This document shows positions 9,443 through 19,193 of a stretch of DNA of 64,000 bases, one piece after another. Numbering within the stretch: position 1 is the first letter of the stretch; each line of letters opens with the position of its first letter. This DNA is from an uncultured Planctomycetaceae bacterium (GTDB taxonomy: Bacteria; Planctomycetota; Phycisphaerae; SM23-33), in NCBI GenBank assembly GCA_964427875.1, contig CAYRVX010000021.1, forward strand, positions 629 through 64,628, written 5' to 3'. The notes below the pieces were generated by a model, which was not told where the DNA came from, made no database searches, and was given only the letters and a program-made list of their open reading frames with translations. Position numbers and translations under genes: made by a program.

Positions 9443-11692
9443 CTACGGCGCCGGGGCAACGGGCCCCCTGTAGACCGAGCCGCCGAAGGTCGTGACGACG
9501 ATGTGCTGCCTGTCGGCGGCGAGGAAGTGCACGCGCTGGATGTTCGAGAACGGCAAACGCCCAAACGGCTGCCACGTCTTGCCGTCGTCCCTGCTGAGCC
9601 ACAGGCCGCACTCGCGAGCGCCCTCGGTCAGCGTCATGTAGATCCAGCCGCCCCTGGCGGGGTGGTAGAACGCCCCGAAGTGCTCCGGGCCCTTCTGGAC
9701 GAGCTTCTTCCATGTCTGCCCGCCGTCGGTGGTGCGATAGAGTCCGCCCTCCTCGCGTCCCCGCAGGTTGGCGGCCGACAGGAGAATGGTCCGGCTGTCG
9801 GTCGGCTTGACGGTGAAGTCCTTCGGCCAGCGAAGCGGCAGCGACCGGTTGATCTTCGTCCAGCTCTCGGCGCGGTCGTCGGAGCGGTACAGGCCGACAC
9901 CGTCGAGCGTGCAGTCCCCGCTGGGCAGGCGCTTGGCCGTGATGAGGACGAACAGCGCCCCGTCGACGTGGAGCTGGAGCTTGCAGCAGCGCATGTTGCT
10001 CGGGTGGCCGAGCCCGCTGCTCTTCTGCGCCCACGTCGCGCCGCCGTCGTCGCTGCGGTAGACACCCTTCTCGAACAGCGACGCGTACAGCCGCCGGCGG
10101 GCCTTCGGCGAGGTCGGGTCCAGCACGACCGACAGCGCCGGCGCCGGGGGGAGCTTGACGGCCTGCCACGTGCGCCCGAAGTCGTCGCTTCGCGCGACCC
10201 CGCCGGCCATGTGCACGCGGTGCCGGCCGGAAATCACGTTCCAGTTCGGGATGTCGTGCGTGTTCGACAGCGCCGCCCAGATCCGCCCCCGAACGGCCGG
10301 GTCGAACGCCAGCTCGTACGTCGTGTTCCGCCACGGCAGGCTCGGCCCGGCCCAGATCCAGCTCCGCCCGCCGTCCAGGCTGCGTGCGAAGCCGATGTCC
10401 GTGTAGCAGATGTAGTGGCGTCTCGGCTCGTGCGGGTCGGCGTAGTAGTTCCACGTGGTCGTCACGACCAGGCCGTTGTTCAGCCAGGCCGTCTCCTTTC
10501 CCCTTCCTCCGGCCCTCGGGCCGCAGTGGACGGTCCGCCACGTCCTGCCGCCGTCGTCGGTGCGCAAGGCCTGGCCGGCGCTGGCCGCCATCACCACGTC
10601 CGGATCGCCCGGATTGACCGCGAAGCTCAGCGGCACCTCCTGGTAGCGCTGCCCGATCGTGCTGCTGAGGTAGTCGTCCGTGACGTTGCACCGCTTGAAG
10701 CGCGGGTCGGAGAACAGCACCGCCCGCCAGTGGGCCCCGGCGTCGTCCGTTCGATAGACCGTGGCATGGTTCGGCGGAAAGTAGCTCGTGCCGGCGTCGT
10801 AGACGTAGGCCCGGCCGGGCGCCTCGTCCGTCGTCCGAACGTACCTGTACTCCGGCACGTCGCCGTGGGCCCACTTGCTCGACCGCTTCGTCTGCACGTT
10901 GAGATCGGGGTTCATGCATCTCCGCCACGCCCGGCCGTGGTCCCGCGAGACGTACACCCCCCCGGTCAGCCTGCCGCCGACCGCCTTGCACGGCACGGTC
11001 GCGTACAGGTGCGTGACCTTCCCGTTGGAGCCGACGGCGAAGCTCAGCAGCTTCCCGTCCGGCAGGCCGGTGCCGAACCTCTCGAACGTCCGCCCGCCGT
11101 CGCCCGAGCAGAACACGCCATCGGTCGTTCCGACGTAGTATGAGCAAACGCCGACGATGTCCCTGCGGTCGACTCCGATGCCGAGCGGCCGGCCGCGAAT
11201 GCCCGTACACTTCGTCCAGCTCCTGCCGTCGTCGTCGGTCTTGTACAGCCCGTCGGCCAATCCGGCGAACAGCCGCGTCGCCCGGCGGATCGGGTCGACC
11301 CACAGCAGCACGCACCCGCTGCGCCACGGCGGCCTCCCGCCGTACTCCTTCCACGTCTCGCCGTAGTCGTCGCTGGCGCGCAGGCGGCCGCTCCAGCCGC
11401 CGGCGCCGTAGACCCGCCCGGCAAGGCTCGGGTGGAAGACGGGCGAGCACGAGGTGCAGCCCCGAAGCTGGCGGTGATGGATCATCCGCCAAGTCCTGCC
11501 GGCGTCGCGGGAGACGTACGCCCCGCTCATATCGCAGGAGAGCATCATGACGTTGGGGTCGATCGGGCAGCCGGCGAGGCTGAACATCGCGCCGCCGCCG
11601 CCGAGCCCAAGCGGCTGCCAGGGCTCAGCCGCCGGTGAGACGCACACCAAGCCCGCGAGCAGGGCCACGCCGCCGGCAGCGCGCGTATTCAT
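9443..11692 (-). CDS. Secreted BNR/Asp-box beta-propeller protein (GH74/sialidase-like)
   Basis: Signal peptide; WQPLGLGGGG, CDMSGAYVSRDAGRTW and more than 10 S/T-x-D-x-G-x-T/S-W Asp-box repeats. Confidence 0.8.
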   Translation of the reverse strand: MNTRAAGGVALLAGLVCVSPAAEPWQPLGLGGGGAMFSLAGCPIDPNVMMLSCDMSGAYVSRDAGRTWRMIHHRQLRGCTSCSPVFHPSLAGRVYGAGGWSGRLRASDDYGETWKEYGGRPPWRSGCVLLWVDPIRRATRLFAGLADGLYKTDDDGRSWTKCTGIRGRPLGIGVDRRDIVGVCSYYVGTTDGVFCSGDGGRTFERFGTGLPDGKLLSFAVGSNGKVTHLYATVPCKAVGGRLTGGVYVSRDHGRAWRRCMNPDLNVQTKRSSKWAHGDVPEYRYVRTTDEAPGRAYVYDAGTSYFPPNHATVYRTDDAGAHWRAVLFSDPRFKRCNVTDDYLSSTIGQRYQEVPLSFAVNPGDPDVVMAASAGQALRTDDGGRTWRTVHCGPRAGGRGKETAWLNNGLVVTTTWNYYADPHEPRRHYICYTDIGFARSLDGGRSWIWAGPSLPWRNTTYELAFDPAVRGRIWAALSNTHDIPNWNVISGRHRVHMAGGVARSDDFGRTWQAVKLPPAPALSVVLDPTSPKARRRLYASLFEKGVYRSDDGGATWAQKSSGLGHPSNMRCCKLQLHVDGALFVLITAKRLPSGDCTLDGVGLYRSDDRAESWTKINRSLPLRWPKDFTVKPTDSRTILLSAANLRGREEGGLYRTTDGGQTWKKLVQKGPEHFGAFYHPARGGWIYMTLTEGARECGLWLSRDDGKTWQPFGRLPFSNIQRVHFLAADRQHIVVTTFGGSVYRGPVAPAP

Positions 11693-11707
11693 GCCTCCCA
11701 TCCCCCG

Positions 11708-12445
11708 TCACTTGTGAAACAGCACCAGCTTGCCGTCCTTGTCCTTGAGCCGAACGGCGTCCGAGAAGGTCTTCACTTCCCAGGCGCCGCTGGCCATGAT
11801 GAACCCGCATCGGCCCGCCACCATTTTGGCCTTCCGGTCGTATTTCGCCATGTGGCCCCTGGGCCAGAAGTCGGCCGACTGGCCCTCGCCGGAGGTCTTA
11901 AGGACCATCTCCTCCCAAATGGCGGGTTCTCGCTCTTCGCCGACGGTATAGTCGCTGCAATGGCCGATGATGGCCGTCCTCTCCGTGTCCTCGATTTCGT
12001 GGACCGTCCTGACCCCATCTCCCCCCCCCGCGGCCGGATCGGTGAGCGTGTTGTTGAAGCCGTACCCGCACTGGACGGGATCCTCGTCGCTGGCCCGACC
12101 GGGGTCGCTCGGGCAGATGTAGATGTCCGCCCGCATGACGCCGTACGCATAGACCTTGTTGCACCACCATTTCTTCGTGGAGTCCTGCCCGGGCAGGAGG
12201 TAGTGTTCTTCGACCTCCGGGTACGTGGCGGTCTCCGAGTCGTTCTTCGGAAGCAGGTCCCTGTTGTCCAGCAGGTAGGCCTTGACGGCCTGGCTGAGCA
12301 GTTTGAGGTTGTTCAGGCAGGTCGTCTCTCGGGCCAGGTCGCTCACCGCGACGAATGAAGGCATCAGGATGCTCACGAGCATCCCGATAATGCCGATCAC
12401 GACCAGCAGCTCAATCAGCGTAAAGGCTCGCGCCGTGCGGTTCAT
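11708..12445 (-). CDS. Prepilin-type N-terminal cleavage/methylation domain protein (planctomycete DUF1559-like)
   Basis: MNRTARAFTLIELLVVIGIIGMLVSILMPS...CLNNLK, YICPSD, YGFN. Confidence 0.85.
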   Translation of the reverse strand: MNRTARAFTLIELLVVIGIIGMLVSILMPSFVAVSDLARETTCLNNLKLLSQAVKAYLLDNRDLLPKNDSETATYPEVEEHYLLPGQDSTKKWWCNKVYAYGVMRADIYICPSDPGRASDEDPVQCGYGFNNTLTDPAAGGGDGVRTVHEIEDTERTAIIGHCSDYTVGEEREPAIWEEMVLKTSGEGQSADFWPRGHMAKYDRKAKMVAGRCGFIMASGAWEVKTFSDAVRLKDKDGKLVLFHK

Positions 12446-12630
12446 GAATGCGTCCTCCGCATTGTCGTCACACCAGCAAAGGCAGCACAGAAGGCACAGA
12501 GACCATTCTACCACACGGGGGGCGGGGCAGTCCACAGCAGATCGAGTCGCCCGAGGCGACGCGCGCCGACAGGCGATTGGGGTCGAAACTCCTCTGGGAA
12601 TGCCGCCGGAGGCGCGCCGCGAAACGGCGC

Positions 12631-12948
12631 TCACGCCACGATCCTGGTTATGCGAACCCGGATGTACTTCTGGCGGTGGCCGATCTTGCGCTGCGAGCCC
12701 TTGCGGCGGCGCCAGTGGTAGACGTGGATCTTCGGGCCCTTCGCCTCGCCCGAAATCACCTCGGCAGCGACCTTCGCGCCTTCCACGAAGGGCGTGCCCA
12801 CGGACACGTTGCCGTCTCCGCTCACCAGCAGGACGCGGTCGAACTCGATTTCCTTTGCATCCTCGGCCAGCTCGCGCAGGTCGATGTTCAGCACGTCGCC
12901 CTCGCAAACGCGAAACTGCTGGCCGCTGTCTTCTATCACTGCGTACAC
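12631..12948 (-). CDS. rplU: 50S ribosomal protein L21
   Basis: GTG start with AAGGAG RBS; MYAVIEDSGQQFRV...GTPFVEGAKVAAEV...RRRKGSQRKIGHRQKY. Confidence 0.96.
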   Translation of the reverse strand: MYAVIEDSGQQFRVCEGDVLNIDLRELAEDAKEIEFDRVLLVSGDGNVSVGTPFVEGAKVAAEVISGEAKGPKIHVYHWRRRKGSQRKIGHRQKYIRVRITRIVA

Positions 12949-12980
12949 TTTGGTCTCCTTGGCCGGAGGCGAAGCTCGGC

Positions 12981-13009
12981 ATTATGCCGATTCGGCCGGT
13001 GCGTGTCAA
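12981..13009 (-). promoter_or_regulatory. Sigma70 promoter of rplU
   Basis: Minus strand TTGACA-N17-CATAAT. Confidence 0.65.
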
Positions 13010-13060
13010 GCACCCGAACCAAACGACAAGTCTTCCCGCCGGTTTGCGGCGCCGCGCCTT

Positions 13061-14443
13061 TCAGGAAGACGCCGGCCGCGGCCGGCGAAGGTTGTCCATG
13101 AACGCCGCCGCCATGACCGCGCCGCCGGCGAACTGCGCCAGGCGGAATCGCTCGTTGGGGCTGTGGATGTTGTCGTCGGGCAGGCCCAGCCCCAGCAGCA
13201 CCGCGTCCAGGCCCAGGAGGCGCTGGATGAGCTCCGTGATCGGGACCGACGCGCCGCAGCGAATCATCACCGGCGGGCGGCCGAACGCCTCGGCCATCGC
13301 CGAGCGCCCCGCGTCCATCGCCGCCGACCCGCGCCCCAGCAGCACGGGCCGGGCGTCGGCGTTGACCTTGACCTCGGCGGTGATGCCGGCCGGGGTTCCG
13401 GCCGCGACGAACCGCTTGAAAGCCGCGACGATCCTGGCGGGGTCCTGCTGCGGCACGAGACGCATGGAGACCTTCGCGCTCGCCGCCGCCGGGATGATCG
13501 TCTTGGCGCCTTCGCCGGTGTATCCGCCCACGACGCCGTTGCAGTCCAGCGTCGGCCGGCCCCAGCGGCGCTCCAGCGCACTGTAGCCGCGCTCCCCCCC
13601 GCCGAGGGCCTCCAGGCCGAGCGACGCGGCGTAGTCGGCCTCGCCGGCCGGCAGCTTCCGCCACTGGCGGCGCTCCTCGTCCGACAGCGGCGCGACGTCG
13701 TCGTAGAACCCGTCGATGGTGACCCGCCCGCCGTCATCGTGCATGGCCGCGACGAGCCGGGCCAGGGCGTTGATCGGGTTCGTCACCGCCCCGCCGTGCA
13801 GGCCGCTGTGAATGTCTGCCCGCGGGCCCCGCAGCGTCACCTCCACGTACGCCAGGCCGCGAAGGGCGTACGTGATGCTCGGCAGGCCGTCGGCGAAGAA
13901 CTCGCCGTCGCTGATAACGGCCGCGTCGGCGGCCAGCTCCCCGGCATGCTCGGCCAGGAAGGCCTCCATGTGCGGCGAGCCGATCTCCTCGGCGCCCTCG
14001 ATGATGACCTTGAGGTTCACGGGCAGCCCGCCGCCGGCCCGCCGCCAGGCGTCGATCGCCGCGAGGTGCGCGAAGAGCTGTCCCTTGTCGTCGCTTGCCC
14101 CTCGCCCGAGCAGGTATCCGTCGCGAACGACGGGATCGAACGGCTCCGTCCGCCACTCTTCCAGCGGGTCCGGCGGCTGGACGTCGTAGTGCCCGTACAC
14201 CAGCAGCGTCGGCGCGTCGTCCGCCGCGTGCAGCGAGGCAATCACGTTGGGCGGGCCTTGCGACTCAGCCAGGCTCGCCGTCAGCCCCAACTGCTCCAGG
14301 TAATCGGCCAGCCATTCGGCGCAGGCCCTGCACTCCTCCGGCTGCGTGTTGGCGACGCTCCGGAAGCGCATCAGCTCCATCAGCTTCGCCAGGTGCTCGT
14401 CGCGATGAGACTGGAGGTGCTCTTTCACGCACTCAGGCAGCAT
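13061..14443 (-). CDS. M20/M25/M40 family metallo-dipeptidase
   Basis: YGHYDVQPPDP, GRGASDDKGQ, EGAEEIGS, DIHSGLHGG, NIHSPNERF. Confidence 0.92.
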   Translation of the reverse strand: MLPECVKEHLQSHRDEHLAKLMELMRFRSVANTQPEECRACAEWLADYLEQLGLTASLAESQGPPNVIASLHAADDAPTLLVYGHYDVQPPDPLEEWRTEPFDPVVRDGYLLGRGASDDKGQLFAHLAAIDAWRRAGGGLPVNLKVIIEGAEEIGSPHMEAFLAEHAGELAADAAVISDGEFFADGLPSITYALRGLAYVEVTLRGPRADIHSGLHGGAVTNPINALARLVAAMHDDGGRVTIDGFYDDVAPLSDEERRQWRKLPAGEADYAASLGLEALGGGERGYSALERRWGRPTLDCNGVVGGYTGEGAKTIIPAAASAKVSMRLVPQQDPARIVAAFKRFVAAGTPAGITAEVKVNADARPVLLGRGSAAMDAGRSAMAEAFGRPPVMIRCGASVPITELIQRLLGLDAVLLGLGLPDDNIHSPNERFRLAQFAGGAVMAAAFMDNLRRPRPASS

Positions 14444-14562
14444 GGCCGTCTCCACCGGAAAACAGCGATGATATGGCTCGTCGCCCGGGTGCGTCAAGCG
14501 AGGCGTTTCGGCACGGAAGCCGCCCTCCAGCCCGGCCGCCCGATGGGCCGATATTCGGATAT

Positions 14563-15099
14563 GTGCTTCGAGTCATCCTCAACGACGATCATCTGCCGGC
14601 CGTGCTGGGTGAGGCGCTGCGCTGCTGCCGCCACCGGCTGTTCATCGCGACGGCCGACGTGAAGGACCTCCACGTGCCCTCGGCGAAGCGTCCCGGCGGC
14701 AGGGCGGCACGGAGCATCCTGGCGGTCTTCGAGGAGCTTTCCCGCCGGAGCGTCGAGGTCCGCCTGCTCCACAGCGGCGTGCCGAGCGGCCCGTTCCTGG
14801 ACCGGCTCAAGCGGAGCGTCCCGGCGACGCTGACCATGCGCCGCTGCCCGCGGGCGCACATCAAGGCCGTCATCGCCGACGGGCGATGGATGTACCTCGG
14901 CTCGGCCAACCTCACCGGGGCCGGACTCGGCGCCAAGAGCCCCCGCCGGCGGAACTTCGAGGGCGGGATCTGGACCGACGAGATGGGCCTCATCGATCCG
15001 GTCGTCGACATGATCGATGCGATCTGGGAAGGCAGCGAATGCGGCAACTGCGGCCGAAGAGACCACTGCCCCGTCCCGCTGGAAGAGCCGCAGTTGTAA
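14563..15099 (+). CDS. Single-HKD phospholipase D/Nuc-like protein with Cys-rich tail (start uncertain)
   Basis: CPRAHIKAVIADG (HxKxxxxD), GSANLTGAG, RNFEGG, C-terminal CGNCGRRDHCPVP; GTG start chosen from composition. Confidence 0.75.
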   Translation: MLRVILNDDHLPAVLGEALRCCRHRLFIATADVKDLHVPSAKRPGGRAARSILAVFEELSRRSVEVRLLHSGVPSGPFLDRLKRSVPATLTMRRCPRAHIKAVIADGRWMYLGSANLTGAGLGAKSPRRRNFEGGIWTDEMGLIDPVVDMIDAIWEGSECGNCGRRDHCPVPLEEPQL

Positions 15100-15134
15100 G
15101 ACCCGAAGCTCCGGGAGAAAAGGTGTCGGGGTCC

Positions 15135-16577
15135 TCAGGCCTTGCGCTTGGCGGGTTTCTTGCGTCTCTCGCGGAGGGGCCAGTGCTTTGACTCGGTGCG
15201 GGCGCGGGCGAGGTACGCCTCGATCTTCCTGACCACGTCGGCATGGTCGGCGGCGACGTTCTTCTCCTCGCCGATGTCCGCGGCAAGGTCATACAACTCC
15301 AGCGGGCCGGTCGGGCTCTTCCGCAGGCCCTTCCACTTGCCCATGCGCACGGCCTGGGACGATGCGCCCCCCTCGTGGAACTCCCAGTACATGAACTCGT
15401 GCCTGGGCTGCTTGCCACCGAGCATCTCCGGGAGGAAGCTGACGCCGTCGATGTTCCCCGGCGGCTGGACGCCGGCGGCCTCGCAGACCGTGGGCAGAAA
15501 GTCCCAGAACGCCCAGGGATGGCTGCTGACGGTCCCCGCCTTGATGCGCCCCGGCCAGCGGGCGATGCCCGGCACGCGGATCCCGCCCTCGTACAGGTCG
15601 CGCTTGATGCCCTTCAGCGGGCCGTTCGAGTCGAAGAAGTTGGGGTCCGCCCCGCCCTCGCGATGCGGGCCGTTGTCGCTCGAGAACACCACCAGCGTCT
15701 TCTCGTCGATGCCGAGCTTCTTCAGCAGCGCCATCAGCCTGCCGACGTCGCGGTCCATTCGCGTGATCATGGCGGCGTGGCCCTTCTGGGCGTCGGGCCA
15801 GTCCTTATCGGCGTACGGCTCGTAGCTGGGCACCTCCATCCCCTTGTTCCGCGCCTCGTTGTTCGCGTGGGGGATCGTGAGGGCGAAATACAGGAAGAAC
15901 GGCCGGTCCTTGTTCCTTTCGACCCACTTCAGGGCCTCGGCCGCCAGCAGGTCGTGGCTGTACTCGACCTTCTCGCTGGCCACGCCCCGGCCGTACTTGC
16001 CCGTCCCCGGCACGACGTTCTTGAGCCGGACCTCCTCCTCGTTGCGCCACAGGAACGCCGGGTAGTAGTTGTGCGCGTGGTGCTGGTTGAGGTAGCCGAA
16101 GAAGTAGTCGAAGCCCTGTCTCGTCGGGATGCCCGTGCTGGCCTCCTCGCCGAGGCCCCACTTGCCGATGAGCGCGGTGGCATAGCCGGCCTGCTTGAGC
16201 GGCTCGGCGACGGTGACGTCCTCCGGCCGCAGGGGGACCCGCCCGTTGCCGCGAATGATCGCGTGGCCGCAGTGCTGGCCGAGCATCAGGCAGCATCGCG
16301 ACGGCGCGCAGACGGTCGATCCGGCGTAGCAGTCGGTGAACTTCATGCCCTCGGCGGCGAGCTTGTCGATGTTGGGGGTCCGGACCTGCTTCTGCCCGTA
16401 GCAGCCGAGATCGCCGTAGCCGAGGTCGTCCACGAGGACGAAGATGATGTTGCACTTGCCCTTGGTCCGCTGTGGAAGGACCCGTGCCGCCGTGCTCGCC
16501 AGCGCCGCGCCGCCCGCGGCAACGGCACCGGTCCAGTGCAGGAACTCCCGCCGACTCAACGATTCTCGCTTGGACAT
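15135..16577 (-). CDS. Tat-exported arylsulfatase (formylglycine-dependent, family S1)
   Basis: SRREFL twin-arginine signal, NIIFVLVDDLGYGD, CAPSR, GKWGLG, SSDNG, GIKRDLYEGGIRVP. Confidence 0.93.
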   Translation of the reverse strand: MSKRESLSRREFLHWTGAVAAGGAALASTAARVLPQRTKGKCNIIFVLVDDLGYGDLGCYGQKQVRTPNIDKLAAEGMKFTDCYAGSTVCAPSRCCLMLGQHCGHAIIRGNGRVPLRPEDVTVAEPLKQAGYATALIGKWGLGEEASTGIPTRQGFDYFFGYLNQHHAHNYYPAFLWRNEEEVRLKNVVPGTGKYGRGVASEKVEYSHDLLAAEALKWVERNKDRPFFLYFALTIPHANNEARNKGMEVPSYEPYADKDWPDAQKGHAAMITRMDRDVGRLMALLKKLGIDEKTLVVFSSDNGPHREGGADPNFFDSNGPLKGIKRDLYEGGIRVPGIARWPGRIKAGTVSSHPWAFWDFLPTVCEAAGVQPPGNIDGVSFLPEMLGGKQPRHEFMYWEFHEGGASSQAVRMGKWKGLRKSPTGPLELYDLAADIGEEKNVAADHADVVRKIEAYLARARTESKHWPLRERRKKPAKRKA

Positions 16578-16802
16578 TCTCATTCTCCTGTCGGTTCGAC
16601 GCCGCCGAGGGCGCCTCGCCCTGATCGTAAGTAAAAGCCGCAACAGGCCAAGTCCTTTCTGGAACACCCGCGCGCGGCATGAAGTAGCGGTTTGCATTGG
16701 CCGCTGCACTGGCGTATCTTCGCGGCCGGCGGCGACGGCGTGATCGTCGTGCCGCAGCCCGCTCCACCGAACAACCCGTATCCGAACCGAAGGAACGAAA
16801 CC

Positions 16803-17249
16803 ATGAACGTCATGTCATCGACAGGAGGCACCGAGCTGATCGCCCTGGGCATCCAGCCGGGCGAGATGCTGCTGGAGAGCATCCAGGCCGCCTGCGCGGA
16901 CCGCGACGTCCGAAACGGCGTCGTGGTCAGCGGCATCGGCACACTCAAGACGTGCCACATGCACTACATCGAGCACACCGACTTCCCGCCCACGGACCGC
17001 TTCTACCGGCTGGAGAAGCCGCTGGAGCTGCTCAGCGTCAGCGGGATCATCGCCGACGGCCGGCCGCACCTGCACATCGTCGTCTCCTGCGGCGACAGCG
17101 AGGTCTACGCCGGACACCTCGAGCCGGAAAGCGAAGTGGCCTACCTGGCGGAGATCGCCGTCCTCAAGTGCAACGACCTGACCATGACCCGCCGGCTCGA
17201 CGGCGAGAGAGGGATCAAGCTGCTCGGGCCGAAGGACCAACCGGAGTAG
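16803..17249 (+). CDS. PPC-domain (DUF296) protein
   Basis: VVSGIGTL, LELLSVSGII, PHLHIVVS...AGHL zinc-binding motif. Confidence 0.85.
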   Translation: MNVMSSTGGTELIALGIQPGEMLLESIQAACADRDVRNGVVVSGIGTLKTCHMHYIEHTDFPPTDRFYRLEKPLELLSVSGIIADGRPHLHIVVSCGDSEVYAGHLEPESEVAYLAEIAVLKCNDLTMTRRLDGERGIKLLGPKDQPE

Positions 17250-17253
17250 CCCC

Positions 17254-19125
17254 ATGTTCGTCCACCGCCGCAGCTTCGTCTGCCTTATGCTGGGCCTTTG
17301 CGCCGTGACCGCCGTTCCGTCGGCCCAAGGTGAGGAACCTGACATGACAGCACGCCCCGCGTCGGGCCCCGGGAAGATCCACGTCTGGGAGAAGCTCGAG
17401 ATCACGCTGACCGCCTCGCGGGATTACGACAATCCCTACACCGACGTCGAAGTCTGGGTGGACCTCGCCGGCCCGAGCTTCAAGAGGCGCTGCTACGGCT
17501 TCTGGGACGGCGGGCGGACGTTCCGCGTGCGCGTCCTGGCCGTCGCGCCGGGGAAGTGGACGTGGCGCAGCGGCTCCCGTCCCCGCGATTCGCACCTGGG
17601 CGGCGTGGGCGGCAGCTTCACCGCCGCGGCCTGGAGCGAGGCCCAGAAGGCGGCCAACCCATGCCGGCGCGGCATGGTCCGCCCGTCGGCGAACGGGCAC
17701 GCCTTCCAGTACGCCGACGGGACGCCGTTCTTCCTGGTGGGCGACACGTGGTGGGCGACGCCCACGTTCCGCTATCCATGGCACGACGACGACAGGCCCC
17801 GGGCCCTCGGTCCCGACGCCGGCTTCAGGGACTATGTGAGGCTCCGCCTGAAGCAGGAGTTCAACTGCATCGCCATGATCGCCGCCTTCCCCAACTGGGC
17901 CAACGACGGCAGGCCGGCGAGGATGAAAATGGAGGACGGCACGGTGCTGCGGGCGGCCTGGCGGCAGGCCGGAACGAAGTCCGCAAAGGACATGCACGAC
18001 GAGGCCGGCAACCGTCCCTTCCACTTCCCCGGCAAGGTGCCGGGCTTCGAGAAGGTCATCCCCGACCTCGAACGGATCAACCCGGCCTACTTCTGCGGCA
18101 TGGACAGGAAGATCGACTACCTCAACGCCCACGGCGTGATCCCGTTCATCGAGGTGGCCCGCCGCGACATCGGCCAGGCGTGGAAGAAGTACTACCCGTG
18201 GCCCCAGTCGTACACGCGATACATTCAGTACGTCTGGAGCCGCTACCAGGCCAACGTCTGCCTGCTGAGCCCCATCCACTCGGACACGCCGGCGCTGAGC
18301 ATCCCGCTGAAGGACTGGAACGCGGCGGCCAACCGGGTGATCGAGAAGTACGGCCCGCCCCCGTTCGGCACGCTGGCGGGCACGAACTCCAACCCGTCGT
18401 CGCTGGAGAACTGGGGGCACGTGGAGAAGGCCAGGTGGCTGGGCTTCCACCAGGTGGGAAACCGGCGCACCCACGACCTCTACGCGTACCTGACGGAGAT
18501 CTTCCACGCCTCGCCGCCCGTGCCCGGCATCAATGGCGAGCCCTACTATGACGGCATGGAAGATGCCCAGGGCGGGTCGGAAAGGGCCGCGCTCTACTGC
18601 CGCTCGGCCATGTACGGCAGCGTGTTGTCCGGCGGCCTGGGCGGGCACATCTACGGCGCCGGCGGATGGCAGGGCGGCATGTGGAGCGGCGAGGTCGAGC
18701 CGGCCAGCAAGTACCCCATCTGGAAGGTGATCCAGTGGCCGTCCGCCGACCAGATGCGGCACCTGAAGCGCTTCGTCCTCTCGGAGGGCGCGAAGTACCA
18801 GCGGCTCGTGCCGTCCACGAAGCTGCTCTCGCCGAACCGATCGGGCAAGCCGAAGAGCAACGTCGGCTGGGCGTACTGCGCCCACACCGGCGAGAAGGAC
18901 CTGTTCCTGCTCTATTTCGAGAAGGACTGTCCGCAGGCCGCGCTATCCGGCGCCGCGGCCGGCGCGGCGTACGCCGCCCAGTGGTTCAACCCCCGCACCG
19001 GCCGGTGGAGGCCCGTCAAGGCGCCCCTGGCCGCCGACGCCAAGGGTAAGATCGCCCTGCCGAAGTTCCCCGGCGGCAAGGACCGCTCCGCCAACGACTG
19101 GGCGATGAAGCTCCTGCGCCATTAA
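17254..19125 (+). CDS. Secreted DUF5060/DUF4038 (apiosidase-like) putative glycoside hydrolase
   Basis: Signal peptide; YDNPYTDVEVWV, GFWDGG, ADGTPFFLVGDTWW, INGEPYYDG, AQWFNPRTG. Confidence 0.8.
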   Translation: MFVHRRSFVCLMLGLCAVTAVPSAQGEEPDMTARPASGPGKIHVWEKLEITLTASRDYDNPYTDVEVWVDLAGPSFKRRCYGFWDGGRTFRVRVLAVAPGKWTWRSGSRPRDSHLGGVGGSFTAAAWSEAQKAANPCRRGMVRPSANGHAFQYADGTPFFLVGDTWWATPTFRYPWHDDDRPRALGPDAGFRDYVRLRLKQEFNCIAMIAAFPNWANDGRPARMKMEDGTVLRAAWRQAGTKSAKDMHDEAGNRPFHFPGKVPGFEKVIPDLERINPAYFCGMDRKIDYLNAHGVIPFIEVARRDIGQAWKKYYPWPQSYTRYIQYVWSRYQANVCLLSPIHSDTPALSIPLKDWNAAANRVIEKYGPPPFGTLAGTNSNPSSLENWGHVEKARWLGFHQVGNRRTHDLYAYLTEIFHASPPVPGINGEPYYDGMEDAQGGSERAALYCRSAMYGSVLSGGLGGHIYGAGGWQGGMWSGEVEPASKYPIWKVIQWPSADQMRHLKRFVLSEGAKYQRLVPSTKLLSPNRSGKPKSNVGWAYCAHTGEKDLFLLYFEKDCPQAALSGAAAGAAYAAQWFNPRTGRWRPVKAPLAADAKGKIALPKFPGGKDRSANDWAMKLLRH

Positions 19126-19129
19126 CCTG

Positions 19130-19172
19130 GGGACGGTAACCGGGTTTATTGGCAAAACATGGTTAGCGTCCC
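19130..19172. repeat. Intergenic inverted-repeat element, copy 1 of 3
   Basis: GGGACGGTAACC-N19-GGTTAGCGTCCC (11/12 paired), starting 5 bp after the stop at 19125. Confidence 0.85.
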
Positions 19173-19193
19173 TATGTTTAGGAGAACGATCCG

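Noticed and set aside
12485-12502. GCACAGAAG-GCACAGAGA, similar to the GxxExxY arm units
   Set aside because: Only two imperfect units and no partner arm; could be chance.
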